Shown here piece after piece: positions 40,501 to 49,231 of a stretch of DNA of 64,000 bases (position 1 is the stretch's first letter; every line of letters begins with the position of its first letter). Source of the DNA: an uncultured virus (IMG/VR IMGVR_UViG_2823577039_000003) (Duplodnaviria; Heunggongvirae; Uroviricota; Caudoviricetes); IMG/VR virus record IMGVR_UViG_2823577039_000003; one strand, written 5' to 3'. Under the pieces are notes generated by a model. The model saw nothing but the letters and a program-made list of their open reading frames with translations. It was not told where the DNA came from and ran no database searches. The translations under genes and the position numbers were made by a program.

Positions 40501-41521
40501 ACATAGATTCAGCATTGAGACCATAATTAAACTTGGCTTGGTCTTCTAAAAAGTTCCCAGTCACAGCATTAGAATACATTAAATCTCTAACAGACCAGTC
40601 TGTCAGNGCTACTTGTTCAGTTTCAGAACCCGGGAATCCTTCCACATTAAAGGTTTCAGCATCACGCTCTACAGTAGTAAAAGTATTGTTGGCTAATTGT
40701 TTTTCAATAGCCCGAATCTTCCGGTCTACACCACGGGCCTCAAAAGAACTGTCAATAGGAAATGGCTCTTCGGTAAAGAGGTAACTAAAATAATTATATC
40801 TTAGTCGGTCATAAACATCGGAAGCCATCCATTCTTTAACTAAGGGCAGTGGAGACACGATAGGATCGAAAATAACTAATTCTTTGTTAGCACGAAAACC
40901 GTAGTTTCCTGCGGCAGCCGTATCTCGGGTAACTAAATTAAGATTATCCCATAAAAATCCAGAAACTTCTTTAAAGACTTCTACACGAGGGCGAAGACGA
41001 CTGCGACCAAACCTTTCAGGAACGTTTAAGCGTTCCATAGATACTAAATAACTCATACGATGGCCCGGGCCTTTGATACTTAAGAAATTATCGCCCCATG
41101 CCTCGGCTAAATCCATATCTTGAGTCATAATCTCTTCATGAATATCTTTAGCAAACTGCAAGGGTAGTGATTGTTTTAGNGAATCAAAGATTTTAACTAA
41201 TCCNGNAGGGATCTGCGTNCCAGNCCGNTGGTAACTCATGAGTTCATCAAATAAATATACTTGCATTTTAGCAGACATGGGTCGCCATAACATACTCACT
41301 GACCAGTCGTGGTCGTAATCACGATGATTGGGATTGTAACGAACCTTGTAGCGTTCTGATAAATAATCATTATACTCAAAAGCATCTAAAACTTGGCTAC
41401 CAACTCGTGGGAAGGCTTTCATAATCTTAATAACTTTATCTGGTTCTCGGCTGTGTTCAAAAACCCAACCTGTAGCACCACCAGAAATGTAGTCTCCGAT
41501 CATATCAAGAGTTAGTGTCAC
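37544..41521 (-). CDS. 1325-aa polyprotein: kinase-like, PolX, Zn fingers, basic WSARK domain, LigD 3'-phosphoesterase
   Basis: Kinase GGATGWVF/KVIK/RD....NYG/FDP; PolX GSYRRG...GDID...YFTG...LSEYGLF; PE HYDLRLE..GVLKSW..PKG...YGAG; modules separated by xxAE linkers. Confidence 0.85.
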   Translation of the reverse strand: MTLTLDMIGDYISGGATGWVFEHSREPDKVIKIMKAFPRVGSQVLDAFEYNDYLSERYKVRYNPNHRDYDHDWSVSMLWRPMSAKMQVYLFDELMSYXRXXTQIPXGLVKIFDXLKQSLPLQFAKDIHEEIMTQDMDLAEAWGDNFLSIKGPGHRMSYLVSMERLNVPERFGRSRLRPRVEVFKEVSGFLWDNLNLVTRDTAAAGNYGFRANKELVIFDPIVSPLPLVKEWMASDVYDRLRYNYFSYLFTEEPFPIDSSFEARGVDRKIRAIEKQLANNTFTTVERDAETFNVEGFPGSETEQVXLTDWSVRDLMYSNAVTGNFLEDQAKFNYGLNAESMYHRDSTYEVYLRMPNGKEEILSRQNNFNLALAQMCGLILGRKVVYEIGIYGPRLADPYYSKDLLVRHKYGEFTGNDPDAVRMARDNCLQPKGFDSGFQEEFEAPAPKQTKVKFPRAKADKIVTKVENHLRPMVDKMMACGSYRRGAQMIGDIDFVIIPKEGYTLPNMLPANEGVNWVGENKAQVIIDGEKVDFKVTTPAAWGATILYFTGPADFNIKYRWMAKRKGLKLSEYGLFDRNTDQYLAGATEADIFTALGRPYKDPAQRQGFSKSKKKTTKKAEDKRECCECQTQEGLTTIQAGTYCYDCLPINLGAEDRLDYMDYLNDLRTYPELKNLTDAQLLARGIDCLALQMANQESLSAEDKSIDYHRDDTGKLNMGVKCYQCLRSGAEKDQRGYAGLKDYGVTRDSDDPEYGAWWLCNDCVRLMEQKWLDIFGRRASFDAEDNYEATYGKEQAKIRRKLKKQIKAKATHGTKAGQWSARKSQLLKQKYEAACERRGLRAYKGKKTSKQQDLSNWSKQKWGTASGKKSSVTGEPYFPAGAVKALKKKGLYAKATRQKRAATKAGKQRASYSKDIQNVVADYRAEFEAPYQPTQMLNEYTTQELMTSSAITGDYTTDSLKYSFGPTALGAESELGPICPICYSYIPNNQTPGAYPGALARYDNETEICSECGTAEALAGMMAGPEAIAAWENSNRTWRDYQMLIMTTKSNIPDIMFGRGPEMEKLRELQKKMDEKKSEGLIEEVFNKREQENGYFDGIDQVAEGMISLETPMAINLAHYNYEKPFVFEGLGSLFGAESKDSKVFGVQRHDAHRAGLHYDLRLERDGVLKSWSIPKGMPTDKRHLAIATSDHNMSWLDFDGDIPEGSYGAGKVSLDNKSTFQTVSYSPKKWVFYVNDGKYQGKYTLVHWQDNKWLISRNKNQSMEAETREFNAWYDLATEKQRNYIKRLGGDPHPDLNRRQASKLINQLARTKKALDQITIVAKEE

Positions 41522-41531
41522 TTGTAATCAC

Positions 41532-42368
41532 CTAATGTTCTGGAAAACTCTTGAAGTCATCAATAACCTCAATAATCTTTTGTTTGTTGGAATTGGCATA
41601 CCACAAACCACCCAGAACGGCGAAAATACCCAGTGCACCCAGTCCATTGAATACATTTAGTTGGCTACTGCTAATTCCCTCAGCACCCAAGGAAGGACCT
41701 TCTAAATCCATAATTCCCATCATACCATAGCGTCCCAAGGCTTCTTGGAACTTAAACCAATCTACTCCAGAATCGTTGCGTAGAGTTAATCCCCCATTTC
41801 CATCAGGAACTTGTTTATTCTGACCAGACTCGGGAGTAATGCCATATGGGTCAACGCCGGGGTTGGAATCACGCATAGCAGAAACAATGGTTTGAGTATC
41901 TGGGAATACCAAAGTGCGAACACGGTTGTGAATAACTTTCTTACCTGTAGGCTTGCCATCAGGTCCTTTTTGGATTTGTTGATGAGGATAAACCAAGAAT
42001 TGCACAATATATTTATTGTTATCTCGGGAATCTACATACTCACGGCAGATATCTGTGGACGAGAAATACTGACGACCTGTGTAAATCTTACCATCTTTTA
42101 GTGGATGGCCATGAATAGTCCATTTCTGGTCGTTTAAACCACGCATTAAAGCGTCTTGAGCACCTTTACTTTGAGGAGAAACCTTGATAGCAGACTCTTC
42201 ACCATAAGATACTCCACCTAACTCATAAATACCATTATCGTCGTAAACGTAACACATCCATTCACGCTCTTCATTAGTATTATCAGCGTATTTCTTCATC
42301 TCACGCAGAGAACGGTCGCTAAACCTACTGAACTCCCTTTTCCAAGGAGGCATATTTTGATTAGTCAT
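41532..42368 (-). CDS. JAB/MPN-like metallopeptidase with C-terminal TM
   Basis: E (EREW) ... HGHP ... SSTD resembles the JAMM motif; C-terminal hydrophobic helix. Confidence 0.6.
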   Translation of the reverse strand: MTNQNMPPWKREFSRFSDRSLREMKKYADNTNEEREWMCYVYDDNGIYELGGVSYGEESAIKVSPQSKGAQDALMRGLNDQKWTIHGHPLKDGKIYTGRQYFSSTDICREYVDSRDNNKYIVQFLVYPHQQIQKGPDGKPTGKKVIHNRVRTLVFPDTQTIVSAMRDSNPGVDPYGITPESGQNKQVPDGNGGLTLRNDSGVDWFKFQEALGRYGMMGIMDLEGPSLGAEGISSSQLNVFNGLGALGIFAVLGGLWYANSNKQKIIEVIDDFKSFPEH

Positions 42369-45274
42369 TACCTGTATGAGATCACCACCATATCCTTAGT
42401 TGTTCCACTACTTAACTTTAATGGTTGGCCCATTTGTTCCANGAGAGGTCTGAGACTCTGGTTTACTTCAATTTTTATCGGGAATCCAGAAGCACCAGAT
42501 TCTAATATGTTGTAAGCAATTCCTTTTTCGTCACAATAATCAATAACACCGGGAATGGCTACAGGATAAATATATTTACCCATCTTAATCAAACGAGTTT
42601 TAACGAAAGTAAATCCAGCCTCACCGTCGGCTAATTGTGCCCCAGTAAACTGTTTTACTTCACCAGACATTAAATCTACACGAGTTTCTAAGTGACGATC
42701 TGTGCTGAGAGTTTGACTTAGTGAGCGTCGTTTAGCCTTTTCACGTTCTTCTTCTTTGGCCCGTTCTGCAGGACTCATAGAAGTATCAATAGTATCGGCA
42801 GGAGTGAACTCACCTTGAGCAGAACTTTCAGGTTCAGGTTGATAACAATCTAAAGTAAGTTTAGGAAGCAACAAAGCACCCACTAAAGTATTACTATCTT
42901 GTGGAGGAATAACTACTACATAATCTGTGCCGAAATCTTGAGAAACAGTAACTACGCTTCCTACGTCAAAACTCGGAGACAACCAAGGGGTGACAGTTTC
43001 TCCTTTAGAAGTTTGTTGTCCCACACCAATAGGTTGCCAGTTATCCATATCATTAGGATCGGGATAATCAATAACTACAGGATTCTTGTAGAGTCCTAAA
43101 TAATCTGTAACTTTAACTCTATCAGTGCGCTTATGCTCGGGTTCTTGACCTGACATCATTTGCATCATGACATTCGGGTCACCACCTAATTCCAACCATG
43201 TAGCCACGGATTCGTATAATTCTGGCCATTCTGATTTAGCATAATTACCATTAAGATTAACTACGGTGCAAATAGTCTGNAAGTTTTCTAAACGTTGGAG
43301 TTCTTCCTCATAGGCTTCTTCAAAGGCTTCTTTAATATCTTCACGAGATTGGTCTAATTCGCCCATATCGGCTTGAGTCATGGCTTCATCAATAGGATTA
43401 CCTAATGGGGCGACCTCTACATTTTGGTCACTTAAGGTTTCATTAATTACTTCTTGAGCCTCGGCTTCGGAATCAAATTGCATGGGGTGACCTGCATCTT
43501 GAATGAACTGGCCAGTATCTTTATCTAAAATACCCCATTTTTGTTCGTTAAGTTCTTGGTCTGCAGCCTGAGCGATTTCAGTCATAGCCTCGGCAGTCTC
43601 ATCATCTTGCATAACTTCAGCAGCCTGACGACCGGCTTCAGCAGCGTCTTTAATGGAAGCCCAATCTTCACGATTCTCGGCAGTATCAATAGCATTATTA
43701 AGATTATCTATGGCATTTTCCATAGCATCGTTAGCACCATCAGCGTTATCTTGTGAGGCTTGTGAGTTGGCTTCGTGTGCGTCATTCTTGGCTTGAGTAG
43801 AAGATTGTTGAGATTCACTGGCTGTTTTGCCTTTTTGCATATTATCTATTTGGTCACTGGCAGCCTGCTTCTGATCATTAGATAGTTCAGAATCATTGAT
43901 AGCATCACGCACTGCTTCTTTAGCAGATTCCATACTACCATTATCAAGTGGGTTATTCGGATTTCCAGTCTGGCAACAATCATCTAAGGCATCCATAGCC
44001 TCATTGTAATTACCATCTCGGGCTTCTTGTTTTGCTAAATCGGAAAGGTCACTACATTCTTGTGACCGTGAATCAGATTGCTTATCGTAATCTTTCTGGG
44101 CTTGGTCCCGAGCAGCATCACGAGCCTGTTCTTGTTCTTTTTCTTGTTGAGTTTGTGGCAAATTGCCAGTGAAATCTTCCATNGAGTTAGCAGAGTTATC
44201 TTCGGGTGCTTGACCTTCAGAGGGTTGTCCTCCTTCTCCACCAGTTTCTCCGCNTTCGCCAGAGGGTTGGCCTTCGCCCTGACCTTCGCCTGAACCAGAT
44301 TCTCCACCTTCACCGCCTTCGCCGCTTCCTTCGCCTTCGCCTGAGCCTTGGCCTTCGCCTTGACCCTCTCCACTACCTTCTCCAGAGCCTTCGCCTGAAC
44401 CTTCACCGCTACCAGAGCCTTCACCCTGTCCGCCAGATTCACCTTGACCTCCTTCTCCAGAACCTGAACCTTCGCCTTGGCCTGAGCCTTCACCGCTTCC
44501 AGAGGATTCTCCTTGACCTTGGCCTTCGCCACTGCCACCAGAGCCACCCTCTCCACTTTCCCCAGAGGTTGAAGAGCCTTCTCCTTGTCCACCTTCTCCA
44601 GAACCTGAGCCTTGGCCTTCGCCTTGACCCTCTCCAGAACCTGAACCACCTTCACCAGATGGTTGTCCAAATCCTGCTTGGTCGTTGCCCTGTTCAGGGG
44701 TTAATCCCGGAATGCCTCCTGCGGGTGGGAATGGTAATGGACTTGATGGTGGGCCTCCGCCTCCTGCGGGTTCAGGGCTTCCGCCACCTCCGCCGCCGCC
44801 TCCGCCGCCGCCTCCGCCTCCACCGCCTCCTGCGGGTGGCATAGCAGACATACCTCCACCACCGCCACCACCGCCGGGGGCTGATACTGGACCATGGGGA
44901 GTTTGCATATTGGCATTGTCATCAACAAAGACTTCTTTATCATTAGCAGTATATTTATTGCGATCATAAGTAAGAATCATCATGCCCATTCCAGTAGTCA
45001 TCTTAACCAGTGGGCAGTTTCCTAAAAGACCAGCCCAAAATTGAATTATCGGTTCTGAAGCCGTGATAGTTAGATTTATTTTATTACCTATAATACCTGA
45101 AGGTGGAACACCCATAGTGGGGTGAGATTCTATGTATTGACGAATAGATGGAATAGTAGATACTATAAGGGTGCTCTCTATAGTATAATAATAGACGTGC
45201 ACCCAACCTGCGGGTTGGTTGGCTCTAACGGCGGTATCACCTGTGCTTGGATCTAACCATAAGTATTTCACCAT
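42368..45274 (-). CDS. 968-aa low-complexity Gly/Ser/Glu-rich protein
   Basis: Poly-Gly, GEG[SQ] repeats, Ala/Asp/Glu helical region; promoter 23 nt upstream. Confidence 0.75.
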   Translation of the reverse strand: MVKYLWLDPSTGDTAVRANQPAGWVHVYYYTIESTLIVSTIPSIRQYIESHPTMGVPPSGIIGNKINLTITASEPIIQFWAGLLGNCPLVKMTTGMGMMILTYDRNKYTANDKEVFVDDNANMQTPHGPVSAPGGGGGGGGMSAMPPAGGGGGGGGGGGGGGGGGSPEPAGGGGPPSSPLPFPPAGGIPGLTPEQGNDQAGFGQPSGEGGSGSGEGQGEGQGSGSGEGGQGEGSSTSGESGEGGSGGSGEGQGQGESSGSGEGSGQGEGSGSGEGGQGESGGQGEGSGSGEGSGEGSGEGSGEGQGEGQGSGEGEGSGEGGEGGESGSGEGQGEGQPSGEXGETGGEGGQPSEGQAPEDNSANXMEDFTGNLPQTQQEKEQEQARDAARDQAQKDYDKQSDSRSQECSDLSDLAKQEARDGNYNEAMDALDDCCQTGNPNNPLDNGSMESAKEAVRDAINDSELSNDQKQAASDQIDNMQKGKTASESQQSSTQAKNDAHEANSQASQDNADGANDAMENAIDNLNNAIDTAENREDWASIKDAAEAGRQAAEVMQDDETAEAMTEIAQAADQELNEQKWGILDKDTGQFIQDAGHPMQFDSEAEAQEVINETLSDQNVEVAPLGNPIDEAMTQADMGELDQSREDIKEAFEEAYEEELQRLENXQTICTVVNLNGNYAKSEWPELYESVATWLELGGDPNVMMQMMSGQEPEHKRTDRVKVTDYLGLYKNPVVIDYPDPNDMDNWQPIGVGQQTSKGETVTPWLSPSFDVGSVVTVSQDFGTDYVVVIPPQDSNTLVGALLLPKLTLDCYQPEPESSAQGEFTPADTIDTSMSPAERAKEEEREKAKRRSLSQTLSTDRHLETRVDLMSGEVKQFTGAQLADGEAGFTFVKTRLIKMGKYIYPVAIPGVIDYCDEKGIAYNILESGASGFPIKIEVNQSLRPLXEQMGQPLKLSSGTTKDMVVISYR
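44200..44880 (-). repeat. Coding low-complexity repeats (GEGSGEGQ-type and poly-Gly)
   Basis: Recurring CCTTCGCC/CCTTCACC and CCGCCGCCT units. Confidence 0.85.
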
Positions 45275-45415
45275 AGTTATTATTAAGCATGGCTCGCTAT
45301 TTAAGTTTTGGTATTTCTATGGTTTGTTTATGATATTGTTAAGGTATATAAGGGTGATGACAACCACGGTTTATTAGTGCGGCAAGAACCGCCAAGAAAA
45401 ACAAGGTGAAAAAAA

Positions 45416-45910
45416 ATGAGTAATAACAACGCAGATGAAATCGCAGCATTTATGAATGAATTGGAAGAGAGCCGACCAGCAAAGGCAACTGGCGGTCGTC
45501 GTGGGGCAACCTATGACATCCTAAAGCCAGAGTTCGGTCAAATCTACCGCAACTACGCTATCCTCTCTTTTAACCACGGAACAAGCCCTCTCGGTGCAGA
45601 TTCAGTCGTGGTTCGTATGGTTAACATGGACACAGGTCGTCGTGAGAAGATCTACCTACAATCCTACGAAATCCAAGATTGGGACCGTTTCGTTAAGAAC
45701 AATGAAATCGTAACTGTTGAAACTACTGAAGATGGTGAGAAGAAGAACTACAACCTTCCAGTCCTATGTGACTTCCTAAAGCAAAAGGAAGAATCACAGA
45801 AGAACCCCGGTCGTTTCTACAAATCATTCAACGCAATCGCTCGTGGCGCAGTTAGCCGTGACGACTTGCCAGACTACCACGAAGACCAAGCCCCACCTGC
45901 TGAAGAGTAA
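45416..45910 (+). CDS. Putative ssDNA-binding (OB-fold) protein
   Basis: Upstream of MCM; beta-rich; acidic tail; TATATAAGGG promoter and SD; fold is inferred. Confidence 0.45.
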   Translation: MSNNNADEIAAFMNELEESRPAKATGGRRGATYDILKPEFGQIYRNYAILSFNHGTSPLGADSVVVRMVNMDTGRREKIYLQSYEIQDWDRFVKNNEIVTVETTEDGEKKNYNLPVLCDFLKQKEESQKNPGRFYKSFNAIARGAVSRDDLPDYHEDQAPPAEE

Positions 45911-45929
45911 GTAAGGCTACCTAATTGGT

Positions 45930-46190
45930 AAGAACCCTTTGGCCGTAAGGCTTTTGATTCCAGCCACAGGTGTGTGTCCTCTAATGACCTATACTTGACC
46001 CCTCTTGGGCGATAGCAAGGTTTGTGAAGATATTTAGCACACCTGTGGCTACATGGTTCCACTACTCAATTGGTTTTCCACTTCCTTTCTGGTTGAGGTT
46101 AAAAGCGGTAAGTGCATCCTTTCGGGTGTAATGCTGTGTAATTGGGACGGTATCCTGCGTCCACTCGATCGTCTCGGGCGGAACTATCGG
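45930..46190 (+). ncRNA. Candidate structured RNA or structured UTR
   Basis: Perfect 13-bp inverted repeat 45962-45974/46038-46050 plus several small hairpins whose G-U pairs favour the + strand. Confidence 0.4.
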
Positions 46191-46233
46191 AATCTATACA
46201 TAGGTGATGTTATCATGTCAGGTTGGTGTAAAT

Positions 46234-47931
46234 ATGGTTTCAGAAGCACTTTTCAATTATGCTGAAAATTGTGTAAACCAGTTTCTTGACCAGAACTCTT
46301 CTGTGGCTGCTGTCTACAAGACTAAGATTAGTCACGAGTATGAAGTTGGTAGTGGAGTCGTCATCAAGATTGAAGATGGTCCTCTGAATCGTGGTAAACG
46401 AGCCAATAGTGATGAGTCTGCCATAGAGTTTACTGTGTCTGACGGACAATATGCCATCCAGTGTATTGCACACAATGGTGATAGTTCTGACTTGAATGCT
46501 TTTAGTAGCAACGACTTAACTGATATTCTGTTGCTGTTAACTGATTCCATGGCTAAAGGTGCACCTGTTCGCATCTGTGGTAATTTTATTCTCCACAACA
46601 AAGAAAAGGTGTTCCGAGTCAACGCTGTGCAACCATTAGAAGATGGTAAGAAAAGTCAATTAACTGAAGATCAATTTGACGGATTTATTAAACTGTGTGG
46701 TAAACACCAGACTAATCCTATGGAAGTTATGATGGCTGATGATACTCTTTGGCGACACGTTTACGCTGAGAATCCAATTAAATCTGCTGTCATGCTAAGT
46801 TGTTTGAGTCCGTTTAAGAAACAAGACATGATTCACATGGCTGTCATCACCAGTATGGGTGAGGGTAAAGACCACTTGATTGAAAATGTTATTGAACCTT
46901 TAGTGCCTTGCGGTATTGCTTCTACAGGTAAACTGTGCACTATTCCCGGTTTGTTTGGTGCTATGTCCGGGGAGGATCTCAATTCCGTGGAATTAGGACT
47001 CATAGGTAAAATGAATAACGAGCGTATGGCTGTCTCCGAGTTTCAAACATGGGGTGCAGATGTCTTTGGTGAACTAATGAATATGTTAGCCAATGGATAT
47101 TATACTATGCAGAAGGGTCAAGTGGATGTCAAACGTGATGCTATCCTAAATATGAGTTTCTGGGGTAATCCTGATAAAGAATACGAACCTCCTAAAGATG
47201 GTGAGGCACCAGACCCCAAGGCTAAATTGGCTATGTTGGATGTGTTCAAAGAATATACTTATCAAATGATTAGTCGTATGAGTTTAATGTATTGTCAAAT
47301 GAGTTTAACTGATAAGGGTGCAGACGAGTTCGTGGAATCTAAAATCTTAGATGCTATGAGTGGCACTTTAGATTCACCTGAATCCAAGCACAAGTTAAAG
47401 ATATGGCGTAGTTTCTTCCGTGAGTATTTACGATATGTAAGTCGTATTGAACCTGATATTCTGAAGAGCAAACAACATATCATAGATATTTATAATAACG
47501 ATATCAAAGCCCATAAGAACTTTACTACTGTGTTCCTGCGCCGATCTGCTAAAGAGAATCGTAAGTTTCAACAATTTATCAATCTATCTAAAGGTATTGC
47601 TCGTTTGCGAGGCGATGATAAAGTAGGAATTGTGCATTTAACATTGGCTAAGAAATTATTTTTACATAGTCTGGAAACCTTGGTAACCAACTTAGTGCCT
47701 ATGGGAATGGACTTAAGCGACATTAATGCAGAGCAAATGCATCTTATGAGCACTGTAGAAAGGCTGGCCGATGGTGGACAATATGAATCCAAGGTGCACC
47801 TAATCAAGACACTGAAAGAGAATGGCACTACTATAACTATGCAAAAAGTAGATGAGTTAATTGCTTCTAAGTTCTTAGTTGAGGGCACTTTAGATGGCGA
47901 CCCTATGATTGAGATCAATCCTGACTTGTAG
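46234..47931 (+). CDS. mcm: Divergent MCM-family helicase
   Basis: N-terminal OB-like region, GEGKD Walker A, T.PGL, VSEF Walker B, SRMSL Arg finger, RKFQQFINL..IARL sensor 2. Confidence 0.75.
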   Translation: MVSEALFNYAENCVNQFLDQNSSVAAVYKTKISHEYEVGSGVVIKIEDGPLNRGKRANSDESAIEFTVSDGQYAIQCIAHNGDSSDLNAFSSNDLTDILLLLTDSMAKGAPVRICGNFILHNKEKVFRVNAVQPLEDGKKSQLTEDQFDGFIKLCGKHQTNPMEVMMADDTLWRHVYAENPIKSAVMLSCLSPFKKQDMIHMAVITSMGEGKDHLIENVIEPLVPCGIASTGKLCTIPGLFGAMSGEDLNSVELGLIGKMNNERMAVSEFQTWGADVFGELMNMLANGYYTMQKGQVDVKRDAILNMSFWGNPDKEYEPPKDGEAPDPKAKLAMLDVFKEYTYQMISRMSLMYCQMSLTDKGADEFVESKILDAMSGTLDSPESKHKLKIWRSFFREYLRYVSRIEPDILKSKQHIIDIYNNDIKAHKNFTTVFLRRSAKENRKFQQFINLSKGIARLRGDDKVGIVHLTLAKKLFLHSLETLVTNLVPMGMDLSDINAEQMHLMSTVERLADGGQYESKVHLIKTLKENGTTITMQKVDELIASKFLVEGTLDGDPMIEINPDL

Positions 47932-47966
47932 AGAAGTATAAATAGATGGTAGAGAGTAGTGATAAT

Positions 47967-48962
47967 ATGCGTCCCGTGACCGTAAGAAGATGTCGTCGTG
48001 CATATACTATGATGCGTGATAATAATTCCTCTTTGGGTGCGGCGGCTAAATCCGTGGGAACTACTTCCCGAACTCTGAAGAAATACTTTCAAGATAATGG
48101 GATAAAAATTAAAAGACTCAAAGGAGGGCAGTATCGTATCGTCCTGCCACCTAAAGAATTACGAGAGCAAATGATGTTGCTGATGCAACCACGCCCTCTG
48201 GGGAAAGGAATGAGTGCCACTCGTGCTGCCAAGGAGTTACACACTACTGTCCGAAAGATGAGGTATCAAAGAATGCCTGTAGACACTCCTGCTGGTAAGC
48301 GATATTATCCGATTCTAAAGAAAAATCCAATTGGAAAATGGGAAACTAACTTTACGCCCTTATCCGAAAACTCACTGGTCGTGTATGGATATATCTATGG
48401 TTTGAATGATGCTATCCAAGGAAAGGCTACTCAATTAGGACCAGATGCTAAAGCCGCTAACTCCGATCCTAATTATGCTGACATTTGGTGGCAAATTGAT
48501 TTCAATAATTTCCCTTCTACTCTACAAGGTAANAATCTAATTGGAAAATACAAAAAAGCAATTGTAGATTTAGTCAAAAAAGAAATGATGACACCTAAAA
48601 TTACCAATTTAAGATTAGCAACTAAGTTCTTAGGAAATGCCAGCGTAGCAGCCGAGGCTGCAGCCTCTGGGAGAGGTGCTGCCGGTGCNAATATGAAACT
48701 TACAGTCTTAGAAGATATGTTGGAACGTTATGATATTCACATGGATAAAGATATGAATAAAATTAAGATGGGTATTGACGATGTTCGCAGTGGTAAAACC
48801 GACTGGGTGTTGAAGCGCAGATTAAATCCGGGGTTNCCAACCAGTAAGAGAACTGCTACTGGGGATTTCCAAGTGATGTTTTTGCGAAGAAATGGTCTCA
48901 GCACTTATCCGAGTGCAGGTCCTAAGAAGTTGAAACTGCGATACGATCTTAGTAAAGAATGA
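47967..48962 (+). CDS. Protein with two N-terminal HTH-like repeats
   Basis: SLGAAAKSVGTTSRTL and SATRAAKELHTTVRKM; promoter 22 nt upstream. Confidence 0.6.
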   Translation: MRPVTVRRCRRAYTMMRDNNSSLGAAAKSVGTTSRTLKKYFQDNGIKIKRLKGGQYRIVLPPKELREQMMLLMQPRPLGKGMSATRAAKELHTTVRKMRYQRMPVDTPAGKRYYPILKKNPIGKWETNFTPLSENSLVVYGYIYGLNDAIQGKATQLGPDAKAANSDPNYADIWWQIDFNNFPSTLQGXNLIGKYKKAIVDLVKKEMMTPKITNLRLATKFLGNASVAAEAAASGRGAAGXNMKLTVLEDMLERYDIHMDKDMNKIKMGIDDVRSGKTDWVLKRRLNPGXPTSKRTATGDFQVMFLRRNGLSTYPSAGPKKLKLRYDLSKE

Positions 48963-49007
48963 TGCAAGAAGGGCATAAATAAAAATAGTAGTAACGCCCA
49001 TAGTAAT

Positions 49008-49223
49008 ATGGGAACTCTAATGCCGAAACAAACTAAAGGAAAAACCTGTGAGATTTGTGGACANGTAGCNCATTGGGAAAGCAAGATTAGTCCTATGGGT
49101 TTCATTAAAGGAACTCGTAAAAATGGATACACCGAATATTTGGCATTTCATTATTGTTCTCCGTGCTTAAACGATTTAGGAGAAGCATTCTGGAAGAAAT
49201 TAGAATACTTTAAATTAGGATGA
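49008..49223 (+). CDS. Small C4 zinc-finger protein
   Basis: CEIC...CSPC. Confidence 0.55.
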   Translation: MGTLMPKQTKGKTCEICGXVXHWESKISPMGFIKGTRKNGYTEYLAFHYCSPCLNDLGEAFWKKLEYFKLG

Positions 49224-49231
49224 ATATAGGG

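Noticed and set aside
44035..44969. Alternative-frame ORFs (Leu/Arg-rich, poly-Pro, Lys/Ala-rich)
   Set aside because: Shadows of the Gly/Glu repeat tract of 42368..45274
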